A stretch of DNA of 64,000 nucleotides from the human T2T-CHM13v2.0 reference genome, Homo sapiens. The position numbers and the translations under genes were made by a program. The notes below the pieces were generated by a model. The model searched no databases, was not told the DNA's origin, and worked only from the letters and a program-made list of their open reading frames with translations. Every line of letters starts with the position of its first letter. Position 1 is the first letter of the stretch. This document shows positions 1-12,470 of the stretch, in pieces. Location: NCBI RefSeq assembly GCF_009914755.1, contig NC_060940.1. One strand, 5' to 3'.

Positions 1-1431
1 TTCTAATCCTCATTTGTTGAATGCTTTTTAAAAAATTCATAAAAGAGTGTTGTAACCATTTCTTTTTAATATCAGCTGTTCGAACTACTTTTTAGGAGCT
101 CAATTCCTTGGTTATTTCTTAACAAATTATAGGCAGGCAACACTCAGTTTCCCTGCCCTTCCTCCTGTCTTTAGAGAAACTGCACTTCTCTAAGTCCATC
201 CCCTGTACTCAGCCAGGTCTTCTGCCTAGCTGGGCTGTCACAGTCGGATGGCTGGGTAATATGTCGATGTTTTTCTGGCTCTGCTACCAATTAGCTCTCC
301 ATAACTGACTACCTGCTTTGCTCTGGTGTAATCACTCCACAGGAAGTGAAAGATAACTTTGGAAAGATGTACAACATTCAAAGAAACCAGAGATTGTCAT
401 TTTGGCCAACGTATATGAAATATTTTGGTAAATTATAGAGATAAAATCCCTTTTTAGTAGACTAGGCTGGGGATTTTAATGGCATTGAACTTTAGTTTGA
501 ATAAAGCAAGCCACAGGCTAGATGAGTACTAGATTTTTCAATCTTTGTTTTCTCTAGAAAACAAACCCATATTCTAAACCACATGGGGGAACGTAGTTCA
601 AAGAGCTTAAACAGACAACAACTATCATAACAGAAACTACCAGAGATGCCTGTCACTCCTAGCTCACACTGCATTTCTGGAACTGCCCTTCCCAAGTTCT
701 GTCAGGGGCATCCTATGTAATATGTTAGTGTTCCTATTAGCAGTGAATTTTCTTGGCCTTTATTAGGCCCAGGAAGAATATTGAAGAATCATTGCTAACC
801 AGTGGGTTTCTTCCTTCACTTTTACTGCCCCCCTCAGAAGTGTAAGATCTTTCATTTCTTTCCCTTATATTAATATTACCCTAGTAGTGAGTTGTCTCCA
901 CTTCCTATAGACTAGAAATATAAATTCTAGACATGTACTCAGTTTAACAAAATCCTACCAGAATAAAATATTAGCTGTCCTTAGAGTTTGTCATAATGGA
1001 ATTTCACTTGTATTGAGGTGGCTGGGGAGGAAAATAAAATTGTTAGAAGGAGGAATGGAATGTGGAGCCCGGTGGTGGGCGGGGGGGCAGGTGGCGTGCT
1101 CTTGCTCCCCCACTTGGAAAATACAGCCCTTATTGCTCTTCCTTTCTTTGGGGTCTCAGGATTACTTCCTCTCTGGAGTTTTTAGACTTTCTCTTTTTAA
1201 GTTTCAGATAGTAATGGAAAGAAAAAAAAAGGAGCTACTTATCACTTTTGTTGGTTTAAAAACGAATCCAGAAGCTTGCATTGGGTATTATGGCTTCCCT
1301 GTATATGGAAGAGACCAATATCTCTTAGAATTCAGAGAAAACAGGATGAATATGTTGCTGGGGGATTGCGGGGCAGAAATGTCTGCTAGACGCCAACAGC
1401 TCACCACAACTGCTGTGCTCATGCTCATGTC

Positions 1432-1437
1432 TTTATT
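1432..1437 (-). terminator. PMFBP1: Polyadenylation signal AATAAA of PMFBP1
   Basis: tttatt on + strand, about 220 nt downstream of the stop codon. Confidence 0.8.
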
Positions 1438-1654
1438 TCAGAGTTTGGGCCTGGAGATGGTAGTATGGTTCTAAAGCTCACTCCATGGCAGGAAGTGGAC
1501 AAAACTCAACAAAAGTTAGTGTCTTGCAAAATAGGCTGGGACCGTGATATACTCCTGTAAGAGCTGATCCAGGTCAAGAGAGAGGGAGGGCTGGGAACTC
1601 ACTGTCCTCTGAAGAAACACCCGTGGAAATGCTGCTCAGGGCTAGATGTGGATT

Positions 1655-1671
1655 CTAGCAGTATGAGGAAC
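1655..1671 (-). CDS. PMFBP1: PMFBP1 exon 21 coding part: (G)SSYC-stop
   Basis: ttccctcag|GT TCC TCA TAC TGC TAG; phase 1 matches the exon 20 donor. Confidence 0.9.
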
Positions 1672-2167
1672 CTGAGGGAACAGGGAGGAAATGAGAGTTT
1701 TGATTCGAGGAGAAATTAACGAGGTGATTCCTCAAGGGCTGGCCGCATGGCCAGGCAGCTCTGCTGCAGGGTGACTTCTTGCCTCTGGGGTAACATGGAG
1801 TTTACAGGTGGCAGGAAAGGCGGCTGTGGACCCAGGCTGGGTAGGTGGCTGGGGTGCTCTTACGGGGTTTCCAGACGTAGAAGGAAGATGCCTCTTCTAC
1901 CTGTTCCCTAAAATGGGTCTGGGTCAGGGGAGGGGACAGGTCTGAGATGTGAGGCACTTGGGTATGCTTCAGATGTTCTTAGATCAGAAGGGGTCTTAAT
2001 TTGCCTCCTCCCTTTACAGATGTGAAAACAACGATCTTTGGTCCAAAGTCGCTAAGAAAATGACTTGAGGCCACAAAAGGCCTATTTTCTTCTTCCTACT
2101 TGAATTCTCAATCCAGTGATTTAAAGAAAAAAATCACACTTATTTTTTTGACAAATGGCAGACGTAC

Positions 2168-2406
2168 CCGGGCAGTGGGGCATCCCGATGTACTTGGTGA
2201 GGTCCATTCTTTGACCCATATCCTGGGGCAACCCCTTCCAGCCCAAGGTGCCGCACACTTTCTCCCTCTGTGTGGACTCCGTTCTGCTCGGGCCTAGGGC
2301 TTTGGTGCATAGCCTTGTGTTCTCGGCTTTCATCTTCTTCTCTTCTATCTCCTTCTTCAGCTTCTTGTTTTCCTGCTGCAAGTGGACCATTACACTGTGG
2401 AGGTGG
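2168..2406 (-). CDS. PMFBP1: PMFBP1 exon 20 (239 nt; [15 protein letters not shown]...MPHCP)
   Basis: Acceptor ttcccacag, donor G|GTACGT; lies within ORF 2121..2492. Confidence 0.9.
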
Positions 2407-3054
2407 CTGTGGGAAGGAGAGGAAGGACGGGTTGTGTTGGGGCTGCTGGCTCTGGTTGGTTCCCTGCTAGAAAGGACAGATAAAGGTGTCACAGGGAAGA
2501 CAGCACAGATGCCCAGGTCTGTTCAGAGCCGGCCTGTTACACATGCTCTGTAGAAATGGAAGCCTACGTGTGTCCTGTGAAAGAAGCCCAGGCCTGGGGT
2601 CTGAATGGACCAGGAGCTGGTACTCCTGCCCAACTCTGCCAGCTCTGGGCCTGTTTTCTTATCTGTCAGACGGGGACAGTCAGGCCTGGCCTGACTGATG
2701 GGATTCATACGAGGATCTGGTTTGATAAATGATAGAAATTTGACTTGAAGAGCCAGAAGGCTGGTAGGGACAACTGTGATCATGTGTCCTCGGGTTCTCA
2801 TGGCCGTGCCTTGGAAACACTCTCACCCAGCACCAATGCCAAAGCCCGCATTCTCTCCGCTCCCCTTTGCTGAAGAGTCGGGAGCACAGGAGATCCCAGC
2901 TCTGTCAAGAACTTGGGTGAGTTACTCATCCCCATTTTACAGATTAGGAAATGGAGGCTGCCACGTAGAGGAGAGGAAAGATAATTTAGCGCATTCCCCG
3001 TGGCTCAATAAATAGCAACTTTTATTATCACTGTTGTGTGTCTCCAAACTAATG

Positions 3055-3310
3055 TTGAGGGCAGTGGGTGAAGGTGGGCTCTGAAACCAGACTTCCCACG
3101 TTGGAATTGTGACTCTGCCACTTATTAGTTTTGAGACCAGGGGCAAGTTACTTAGTTTCCCAGGTCCTCTCTTTCCTCATCCATAAATGGGGATCATGAC
3201 TATACTGAACACAGGAGGTCTTATGAAGATGAAATGAGCTCATATGTGTCAACGCTTAGTACCTCACACACAGCAAATAATATGTATTAGTTGAGCTACT
3301 ATCATCATTA
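3055..3310. mobile_element. MIR SINE relic
   Basis: ggcaagttacttag...cctcatccataaatggggat...aagatgaaatgag core. Confidence 0.65.
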
Positions 3311-3952
3311 AAAGTTGGTTTTCTTTCAAATAAGAACAGGAGAACTCAAGAGTGAGTTCTTTGTGAAAGAGAACTTCCTGGACTTGGCACAATAGAAGAA
3401 AAAGACTGAAGTTATCTGTTACCTTGAGAATCTGACAACTTTTCTTTTACTTACACCCTAGTAAAAAGTTTCGTGGTCTTTTCTAGAGGAAATCAAGTAG
3501 AGAATTCATCCTCAACCTCTTCTGTGGGCATATGCTCTACCCTTTTGCTCTCTACAAAGCTGGCCAACCTTGAGGTCGCCTCTTCCCCCGCCCAGTAGCC
3601 CCTCACTCCCAGTGCTGGTGGGTCTGGAGAGGGGGTCTCAGCAGTGCCCTCCTTTCCTGGCTCTCTGGCTCCCTCCTGTCAGCATCCCCAAAGCCTTCAA
3701 TATCCCATACAGCTCATCCACATCCTGACTTCTCAATTCATTGGCCTCCTTATTCCAAAGGTCTCATCCTTCTCTTCAACTCAGCCATGTACCTAAGGCC
3801 AAAGCCTAGAATAGGGCTTTCCACCTGGGGTGCCACGAATGGATTCCAGGTGTTTGGAGATGCCTGCCTGCCCTTGGGGGCAGGCTCTGAGGCAGCCACT
3901 GCTTGGTCAGCTTTGTCACAAGTATGCCAAACAAATGTGGTTACTTTCATCG

Positions 3953-4188
3953 TTTTTTAGAGACAGGGTCTCATTCTGTCACCCAGGCCAGAGTGCAGTG
4001 GTGTGAACATAGGTCACTGTAGCCTCAACCTCTTGGGCTCAAGCAATCCTCCCACCCCAGCCTCCCAATTAGCTGGGACTGTACGTGTGCACCACCATGC
4101 CTGGTTAGGCTAATTTTTAAATTTTTTATAGAGACAGGGCCTTGCTGTCGTCCAGGCTAGTCTTAAACTCCTGGCCTCAAGTGATCCT
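3953..4188 (-). mobile_element. AluJ-like SINE (truncated)
   Basis: Reverse Alu consensus gagacagggtctc...gtgatcct. Confidence 0.9.
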
Positions 4189-4199
4189 AAACTGTGGTC

Positions 4200-4578
4200 A
4201 TTTTCTTTTTCATTTTTATTTTATTTTCACTTTTATTTTAGATTCAGGGGTACATGTTACATCGGTAAACTCATGTCACAGGATTTTGTTGTACATTTTA
4301 TTTCATCACCCAGGAATTAAGCCCAGTACCCAATAGTTATCTTGTTTGCTCCTCTTCCTCCTCCCACCCTCCACCCTCTGACAGACCCCATTGTCTGTTG
4401 TTTCCTTCTTTGTGTTCATAAGTTCTCATCATTTAGCTCCCACTTACAAGTGAGAACATGTGGTACTTGGTTTTCTATTCTTGTGTCAGTTTGCTAAGGA
4501 TAATAGCCTCTAGCTCCATCCATATTCCCACAAAGAAATGATCTCATTCTTTTTGATAGCTGCATAGTATCCATGGTG
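4200..4578 (-). mobile_element. L1 (L1PA/PB-type) 3' fragment
   Basis: T-rich tail followed by ctcccacttacaagtgagaacatg...gctgcatagtatccatggtg. Confidence 0.85.
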
Positions 4579-5230
4579 TTACGTAAGGCATGGTTGTTTT
4601 CTAAGTGTTCCCTAAGAAAAGGTTGGGAAGCGCTGTCCTAAGGCTTGTTGTTACTTGTTACTTTGCCACCTCCAAAATCTCAGTTTTAGGCCTTCATACC
4701 TTCACCTCCATTCTCAAACTGGTAACACTCCTCGCATACCTCCCTCTTAGTGGACCCAGCTTTGACCATGAGGGGAAGCAAGACCACAGGCCCCCAGATG
4801 AGCAGGTGGAACAGAAGGGCTCCTCCAACCTGGCCTGCTCACCTGATGATTTCATGAAGAGATGTTCCTTGTTTGTTCCTTCACTTGGGATCTGTTAGAG
4901 CATCTCAGCCCCTGCCCTAAATAATCCAGTCTGCCTTTCAGTGCCTGTTCCCTGCTTAGCACCCTTGACCTCTGAGAACCATGAGAGCAGGAAGGAGCAA
5001 AAAGACTACTAAACTCCCTTTGGATTTTTGGTGAGAGAACTAAGGCCCTGAGAGGTCAAGTGATATACCCAAGGTCACATAGAGGCAGATTCGAGACCTG
5101 GGGGTCTTTCCAAAGCACCAGGCCTTTCCTGGGCTGATCCCCCTATCAAGGGCTAAAGCCAGCCCTGGCTCCCTGCTGACCCTTCTTGTCAGCTCCCAGG
5201 AAGCAGCCAGGGTGGTTTAAGATGACTTAC

Positions 5231-5305
5231 TCCTTTTCGCCACTCAGCTTGGCAATGTAGTTCACCTGCTCTCGGAGCTGGTTTCCTAGTTTCTCATTGG
5301 CGACC
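5231..5305 (-). CDS. PMFBP1: PMFBP1 exon 19 (75 nt; VANEKLGNQLREQVNYIAKLSGEK)
   Basis: ttattacag acceptor, GA|GTAAGT donor, phase 2-2. Confidence 0.92.
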
Positions 5306-5862
5306 CTGTAATAAAATCACAGGAGAAAACAGCAGCCAGTCGCCAGCCTCCCGCGAGCAAGGGTGCAGCTGGCTGAATGGGATGCTGGGTTCTCAGCAAG
5401 ACTGCTGCTGCATCCCAGGTCCCCCACGCATCACCCCGTCCGCAGAGCTAAGGCCTTCCTAGCACCTGGGGATTCAGAGGACTCTCTGAACTCAACTCCT
5501 ATGCAAAATCCTGTGAGCCCCAGGTGAGTTCAAGGGAATGAGTTCAAGGGGGCCAGGCAGTGAAGCTGGATCCTGGGATGGGAGGAGGATATCTGAGCCA
5601 ATGTCCCCCTTCCTTCTTGCTGCCGAGCAAAGCACCCCTTCCTTCCTGCCATCGCTGTTTCCAGCTCAGCAGAGGGCTTTCCAGGCCTGCCTGAAGGGTT
5701 GAGCCCTCCTCTCCATCTTATTTCCATCCCTTGGGTGTGGGCTGAGACTGGATCTGTTTTCCAGGAGTGCAGGGGTGTGTGTGACTAATCTTTGGCACGC
5801 ATGTGGCTCCTCGGCTCAGTCCAGGCCTCGGACCCTGCCTCCCTTTTTCCTCCCATACTCAC

Positions 5863-5966
5863 TTCTGCTGTTTTGCCCATTGCTCCAAGTTGGTCATAAT
5901 CTGATCATTCCCTCGGTAGAGCCTACAGGTGTCTTTGGGCACAGACCACTGGGGCAGGCAGCAGGG
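5863..5966 (-). CDS. PMFBP1: PMFBP1 exon 18 (104 nt; [14 protein letters not shown]...WAKQQK)
   Basis: cccaag acceptor, AA|GTGAGT donor; frame continuity. Confidence 0.9.
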
Positions 5967-6339
5967 CTTGGGTACAAGAAGAAAACGAGACAGTCAGAGG
6001 TGGGAGCACAGGCCTGTCAGCCCTCCTTCCGAGTCAGGCCTCTTCTATCTCCCTGGGAAAAGAAAACTTGACTCTGCTGTCCAACCCGAGGCCAGAGTTG
6101 TGGAGTTGCCACCAGACCTCCCCCTCTGGCTTGTGTGGGTGGCATCTCACACAAAGGTGACATCTCTGAGAAGGCACCATTTATGGCAGAGACACGTAGA
6201 TTTGTACACTTATAATCACGGTTTTCAGTGTGAAGGCATTAAAGTGACTCCTAAAAAAGAAGTATGCTAAGCCAATTTTCCAACAGATGGAAGAAAAACA
6301 TCTGGAGGAAGAGGAAGAGATGCCTTCTTTTTCTCTCTT

Positions 6340-6627
6340 CTTTTTTTTGACACTCTTGCTCTGTCATTCAGGCTGGAGTGCAGTGGCATGATCACGGCTC
6401 ATGGCAGCTTAACCTCCCCCCCGGCTCAAGCTATCCTCCCACTTAGCCTGCCGAGTAGCTGGGACCACAAGCATAGGCCACCATGCTCAGCTAATATTTA
6501 AACTTATTGTAGAGATGAGGTCTTGCTATGTTGCCCAGGCTGGTCTCAAACTCCTGGACTCAAGCAGTCCTCCTGCCTTGGCCTCCCAAAGTGTAGGGAC
6601 TGCAGGCATGAGCCACTGTGCCCGGCC
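6340..6627 (-). mobile_element. AluJ-like SINE
   Basis: Reverse Alu; agatgccttctt flanks both ends (TSD-like). Confidence 0.9.
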
Positions 6628-7083
6628 TAAGATGCCTTCTTTGTAATTCGAGCAAAGGCCCAGTGGCCACCTGAGCTGTCCTGCGGCCTCCTGCCATGAA
6701 CTTCACTGCTCAGGGAGGTGGGCCTGGGACAAGCCCAGAAGGTCACTTAGTCCATTCTACTGTAGGGTCCAGGGCTGCCAAAAGTGTCAGGATGTACTCT
6801 GGAAGGGGACCCAGTGGACTAGGTCAGGGGTAGCTGGTGTACCTGACAGTCTCTTCTCTAGAATGGGGCCTTCGCTCTGCTCAGTATCTATCAACAAAGC
6901 CACAAGAACACAGGTGGGTTGAACCAGCAGCTGTGGCTCTTGCTTTGTGCTAAATGGAGGGGGTGACCTTTCCTTTGCTCCCAGGCTCTCCCACCCCCAC
7001 CAAGGGCTGTCTGGCATTTGGGTGGTCATAGGATGTGCCTGGAGGCACTGAGAGGAGGCACGCAGAAGCCAAGGCATGCCCAC

Positions 7084-7251
7084 CTCCTTATCGTCCTCAA
7101 GGAGGTTCTCTTTTAAGGCGGCCATCTCCTCCTGGAACTCCCTGAGCTGCTCCTCTTTGGCTGCCAGCATCTTGAGGTCATTCTGGTGTTGCTTCTGCCA
7201 CTGCAGCACCTGGCAGCTCATCTCCTCTAGCTTCTTGTCAAAGGCGTGCAC
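7084..7251 (-). CDS. PMFBP1: PMFBP1 exon 17 (168 nt; VHAFDKK...LEDDKE)
   Basis: ORF 6787..7251; tag acceptor, GAG|GTGGG donor. Confidence 0.93.
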
Positions 7252-7554
7252 CTACTCAGGAGAGCAAAGTGAGGAGGGGGACTCCAGCTGGCCTCCCTGA
7301 CCGCAGGACCCACAAGGCCAGAGGGTGCTTCCTGGGCATTGGGATACGTGTTGGGGGTATTTTCTTCCCAGTGGCCAGCAGAGGGCACCCATGCTCCGAT
7401 CTTTGCTGCCTCTGTCTGAAGTTCAGGGAGCCAAGAAAGTGGAGGGAACCTAGCAGCCCAAGGGAATGACTTAGTGCTAAATAATTCTGGATGCAAGAGG
7501 TGACCTTGTGGACCCCTACCAGGAAGGCAGCCCAAGCCCCTGGCAGCTCCTCAC

Positions 7555-7722
7555 CTCCAGCTCACTCTCCTGGTGGAAGCCCCGCAGTTTTCTTAATTCC
7601 GTATTGAGCTTTTTCATCCTTTCCTCATAAGCAATGATTTCCTCTTCCAGCTGAGCTTTCTTCTCTTGGGTCTGTGTCAAGCTTTGCTGCAGGCTCTTTG
7701 TCTCTGAGGTCACGTGATTGAG
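7555..7722 (-). CDS. PMFBP1: PMFBP1 exon 16 (168 nt; LNHVTSETK...QESELE)
   Basis: ORF 7516..8112; ttttccggaag acceptor, GAG|GTGAGG donor. Confidence 0.92.
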
Positions 7723-8284
7723 CTTCCGGAAAAGACAAAGAGGACGAATGGCTGTCAGAGACTTTGACCCTCTCTGCTGAGTCCTGAATGGAGGAGGGTT
7801 CCAGTCCCTTCCTGTCCTCTGCCCAGGGTGACACGGACGGTCACCTTGCCTAGTCTCCCAGAGAGGGGTGGGAAATGACAGTGGTTGGTTTTCTGCACCC
7901 TGCTTTCTCCTTCCTACCCACTCCCTCCATTTCTTCTCTTTCCAATCCCATGAATTGATGGGCCAGCCATGATCAGCACAGGATGGGGCATGAATTTCCC
8001 TGACAATCCAGACTTTGGGAAAACCTTGCCCCCGAGTCACCCATGGGCAGAAAGGCTTGCTAGATTTGGTTTTGATCTTTGTCCTCTTCCTCCGCCCTCC
8101 ACCCAACTCCAAGCCTCACAAAGAGGAAGCAGGCCTTCTCTGCACAGACATCCCAGCCCACACAAGGGTTTGAGATGGCCCCATTGACAGTCAATAGGCA
8201 GGAAATTGGCTCCTGTGCTTCTCCCGCTACCTTGACGTTTCCTTGCCTGAAAACAGCCCTGGAGACTAGAGGGTGTGGCCTCAC

Positions 8285-8449
8285 CTTCTCGAGGGCTTGT
8301 GTCAGGTCATCCTGGCAGGCGGCTGACTTCCGGGATAATGCATCATAGGCTTCTTTGGTGATGGTAGTCTGGAGATAGTGCTTCTCCTTCTGCAGAGCTT
8401 TGTCCAGCTGGGCCTGCAGGCTCATTAAGGACTCCTTCTGAAGGGCTAT
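8285..8449 (-). CDS. PMFBP1: PMFBP1 exon 15 (165 nt; IALQKESL...QALEK)
   Basis: ORF 8060..8425; ccttaaag acceptor, AAG|GTGAGG donor. Confidence 0.92.
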
Positions 8450-10973
8450 CTTTAAGGAGGGAGAGCAGAACTGTCAGGGTGCCAGGTCAGGGTCATAGAG
8501 GCATTCTCTGTGCCTATAGGAAATGAACAAGAGCCAAGCTCTCTCCTGTCTGCAGCAACCTGCAGAGTCCGTGTTAACACTCACATCTTCACTTCACCAC
8601 TGTAAAAGGTAGAGCTGTCTTTCCAGGCTCTTTTGCACCCCTCAGCCACATCTCTCTTTCTAGTTAGCATTTCCCTCAAACAGCAGGAGTACCAGCGGTG
8701 CTGGGGCATGATATGCCAAGTACACAAAAAAGTCCCTTTCACATACTCTGCAGCCTTTGATAAAGACCTGGAATCCGATTTGAGGTTAGTGGACATGATA
8801 ACAACATGTCCTTTGTGTTTTATGCCTCACTTAGTTCCTGATGTAATTCACTAGACTTGATGTGCCAGAAAGCAGGACTGTGCCTGTGTTTTGTTTCCTG
8901 CTGTTTCCCCATTGCTGTAACTCAGGGCATGGCACATGACAGAGTTTCAGGAAATGCTCAAAAATGGTCTTTGTTCTGTCACGTGAAATATTGCATTTTT
9001 GGAGTTAGGGATCAATTGATCAACATGTTAGGGAACATGTAGTTCTGGTAGAAGTGTGTTTAAAAACTGAAGTCTGTTTTCAACATCGTAATGAGTATTC
9101 ATGGTATAGTTAAAAGGAAGTTGGGATCTGGAGTCAGAAAAATCTGGGTTGAGGTCCAGGTTCTATCATTTACTTATTTCTCTAGCCTCAGTTTCTGCTT
9201 CCACAAATTGAAATCATTTTAACTGTTTCGTGGAGTTTTTATGATGATCAAATGAGGTGATATGTGTAAAAAGGGCTTTGTTTTACTATACGACTATGAG
9301 TTACTGTCACAGACACACACAGAAACTAGCCTTCTTATATACTTTAAGTACAGGACAGAGATCTGCTTCTGAGTCTGGAAGCCAGAGGGAGACCTCAGAA
9401 ATTCATATGCCTGACTTGTATTCTTTGGTATTCTAGCACACCTGCATCTGAAAGTGGCCATGCACACAGAAACACATTCTTTTGGGTTTTCTTGTTTTAT
9501 CTCCAGTAACTGATCAGTGCTTCAAGTTTATTACTTTTTCAGATACAATTTTGAGTACCTCTGGCCCTGGGAATTAGTGAGATGAAAAGTGGTAAATTGG
9601 ACTTCTGACACCATATTTTACATGCCCTGGTGGTGAAACTATTCCTAAAGATGAAATAATTTGGTCTTCTGAAAACAGAAGTGCATCTTTTCTGGGGACT
9701 TCTGAAAAACATGGAGTCAGCAGGGTCTGCCCAGTAAACCAGAGGAATCACTGGAGAAACTATAATTCACTGTCAATGCTTGATAAATGATGGCTGAACT
9801 GAGAAATGTCAGTATAGAGGTAAGACACTAAAACTGAGGATGGTGAAAAAAAATTACAGTGAAGCTAGAAGCTAAAATGGAAGCTTTAAAAATTTTTGCT
9901 AACATGAGTGGTTTAGCTTGGAGAAAGATTCTAAAAATCTACATATAGAAGTATGTAAATTATAGAACCAAGAAGTTCTAGTAAAAGTTCTAATAAAAGA
10001 CCTACTCTCTCTGCTGTCAATGGTATTAGGTCTAGATGGTTTTATAGGTGAATTTCATGAAGTCATCATTGATTCCTCACTTTCTCTCACATTCATTCCA
10101 TCAGCTCAGACATACAACTTTTCCATCATCACAGAAAGGCAGCAAGTTCTACTGGGCAGTGCTATTTTTATACTTAGAAAAGTCATACTACTTTAAGATT
10201 TATTTTTATATTATGAGGGAATAAGGGCTGCTTGGCCTTTCATTTGTAGCCCAAGAGACCAACTACCAAGGTGTTATATTTTTCTCTTGCCCAGAAAGAT
10301 GGAATGGATTTAGCTGGAGAAAGTATGGCTGCTTATGATGAGGGAGAAAGGGAACAGGTGTTAGAGCTGGATAATTCAGGTTCAAATAGTGGTTGATTCC
10401 ATCACTTGCTGGTCAGTGACTTTGGCCCTCCATCTTTCTTTCCTCTATCATGTCTTTCTTTTTGGCAGTAAAGCAGATGGAAGCCATGTAAAGAGCTTAA
10501 GTGGACGACAAATAAATGATGACTGAATTCAAGCACAGTGCTTAGCATATGTCAGATGCTATTTACTCCTTTCTGTCATTTTTACTTGTGTAATGAAAAA
10601 TAACTGTCCCCCCTTTCATCTCCTTTTTGTGCTTTGTGACAAGTTTTGGAAGTGTTCCCTAGCAAATTGCCCCCCAAAATGGATTCACTCAACTCTGGTC
10701 TAAAATGTAACATTGGAAGACTTGATGCCAAAGCCCAAATAGCTTGGGGCTCCACCAGATATGAGATGAGACCTTCCACATATGGAAGAAACATTTCTCT
10801 GGCTCAGCAACCAGGTGCCAATGGGGAGGGAAGTAGAGCTGTAGGTGGCCCAGGATCCGCAGTTGGCTGAGCAGTTAGCTGCATTTCTGTGTGGAGGAGA
10901 GGTGGGTACAGATTTCAGGTCAAGGGTCACAGGGTTCAAATTCCTCACTCCCTTGGGGTTCCTGTCTACTCAC

Positions 10974-11111
10974 CTCTTTATTCAAGTCTTGGATGACTTG
11001 CTGGCTGGTGTTGTATTTGTTGAGAGAGGATTCCAGTTGTGTAGAACAACACTGTAGCTCTGCTCGGAGATTCTCATTTTCTTCCTCCAACTTTCTGGAA
11101 TTCTCTTTCAA
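10974..11111 (-). CDS. PMFBP1: PMFBP1 exon 14 (138 nt; LKENSRK...DLNKE)
   Basis: ORF 10920..11138; aacag acceptor, GAG|GTGAGT donor. Confidence 0.92.
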
Positions 11112-11382
11112 CTGTTCCCTCATTAAAGAACAAAGCACAGCAAAGAGGTGTTAATCTCAGATAACTATAAAAGCCCCACTCCACCCTCCCTCTCACCCAG
11201 CTCTATCTCCACCCTGCGGGAGCTCAGGCATTCTCGCTCCCCTCCTCGCTGGCCTTTCCCACTGTCCCTCCCATCTTTCCTAAGCTCTGAGCATCCAGGG
11301 CCTCCGCATCCCTGGAGGCCCAGGTGGGGTCATGTCCCGCTCTGGATTCCTGACCCAGCTCTCCTGGGATTCTCCCACTCAC

Positions 11383-11550
11383 CGTCTTGTCTTTCTTTTT
11401 AAATTCCTGCCGCAAAGCTTCAAGTTCTCCCTCCATCAGCTTCTCATGCTCTTTGCTCTTCTTCAACTGCTCCCGTTTGTCCTCCAGAAGCTTTGTGGCC
11501 TCCTGAAGATCTTCTTCTAACTTGCATTTGATGGAGCCTTGCTCCCTGTG
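11383..11550 (-). CDS. PMFBP1: PMFBP1 exon 13 (168 nt; HREQGSIK...KKKDKT)
   Basis: ttttttcag acceptor, ACG|GTGAGT donor. Confidence 0.93.
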
Positions 11551-12167
11551 CTGAAAAAATAAAGACTGAGCTGAAAGACTGTCTTAGACTATATTATATT
11601 TGGGGGAAAAATACAGACAATTGCACACAGGGCATGGCTGAGATGAAGAAGAAGACAATTCCTTAGTTATATAGCATATGTAAAATAAAAGGTTTCCTCC
11701 AACGCCTGTAACATTTTTTCTTTGTTCAGTCAGATATACCAATTTATTTTATTTATTGATCTAATTCCTAAGCACCAGCTTTCTCTCCCACTTTCTTACC
11801 AATTCTTCCCAAAGATTAGGAAGATTCCAAATCTTTATCAAAAACCTTTTTGAATGAAGTTTAAAAAATCTTAGAAGAGAACAAAAAGAGTAACTCAGAG
11901 ATCAAAGACTTTAAATTGACTGACAATTATCTCCTACTGCTGGGCACTATTTAAAAAATAAATAAATTGATAAGAATAGCTTTTGAATCCTAGAAAGAAC
12001 AACATTGTCATTTGATTAATTTTAAGGTTAACCATTGAAAATGCTTCTTACTGGTAATGGGAGCTGGTGCTGAGTGGCTGGCTTAGCATACTAACACAAT
12101 TCTGGTCAATTAATTTGCATGGATTGGTGGTGATATCTTTCCCAAATAATGACTGATATGTTTAATC

Positions 12168-12470
<303 letters not shown>

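Noticed and set aside
1013-1474. 153-aa plus-strand ORF overlapping the PMFBP1 3' end
   Set aside because: Starts at TTG, has no recognisable domain and no splice or promoter support; likely chance
1655-1669. C-terminal Cys (SSYC) as a prenylation signal
   Set aside because: CaaX needs Cys at position -4; neither SSYC nor the alternative CDFFL fits
6787-7083. 99-codon read-through beyond exon 17
   Set aside because: Loses coiled-coil composition after a good donor; retention would give a premature stop
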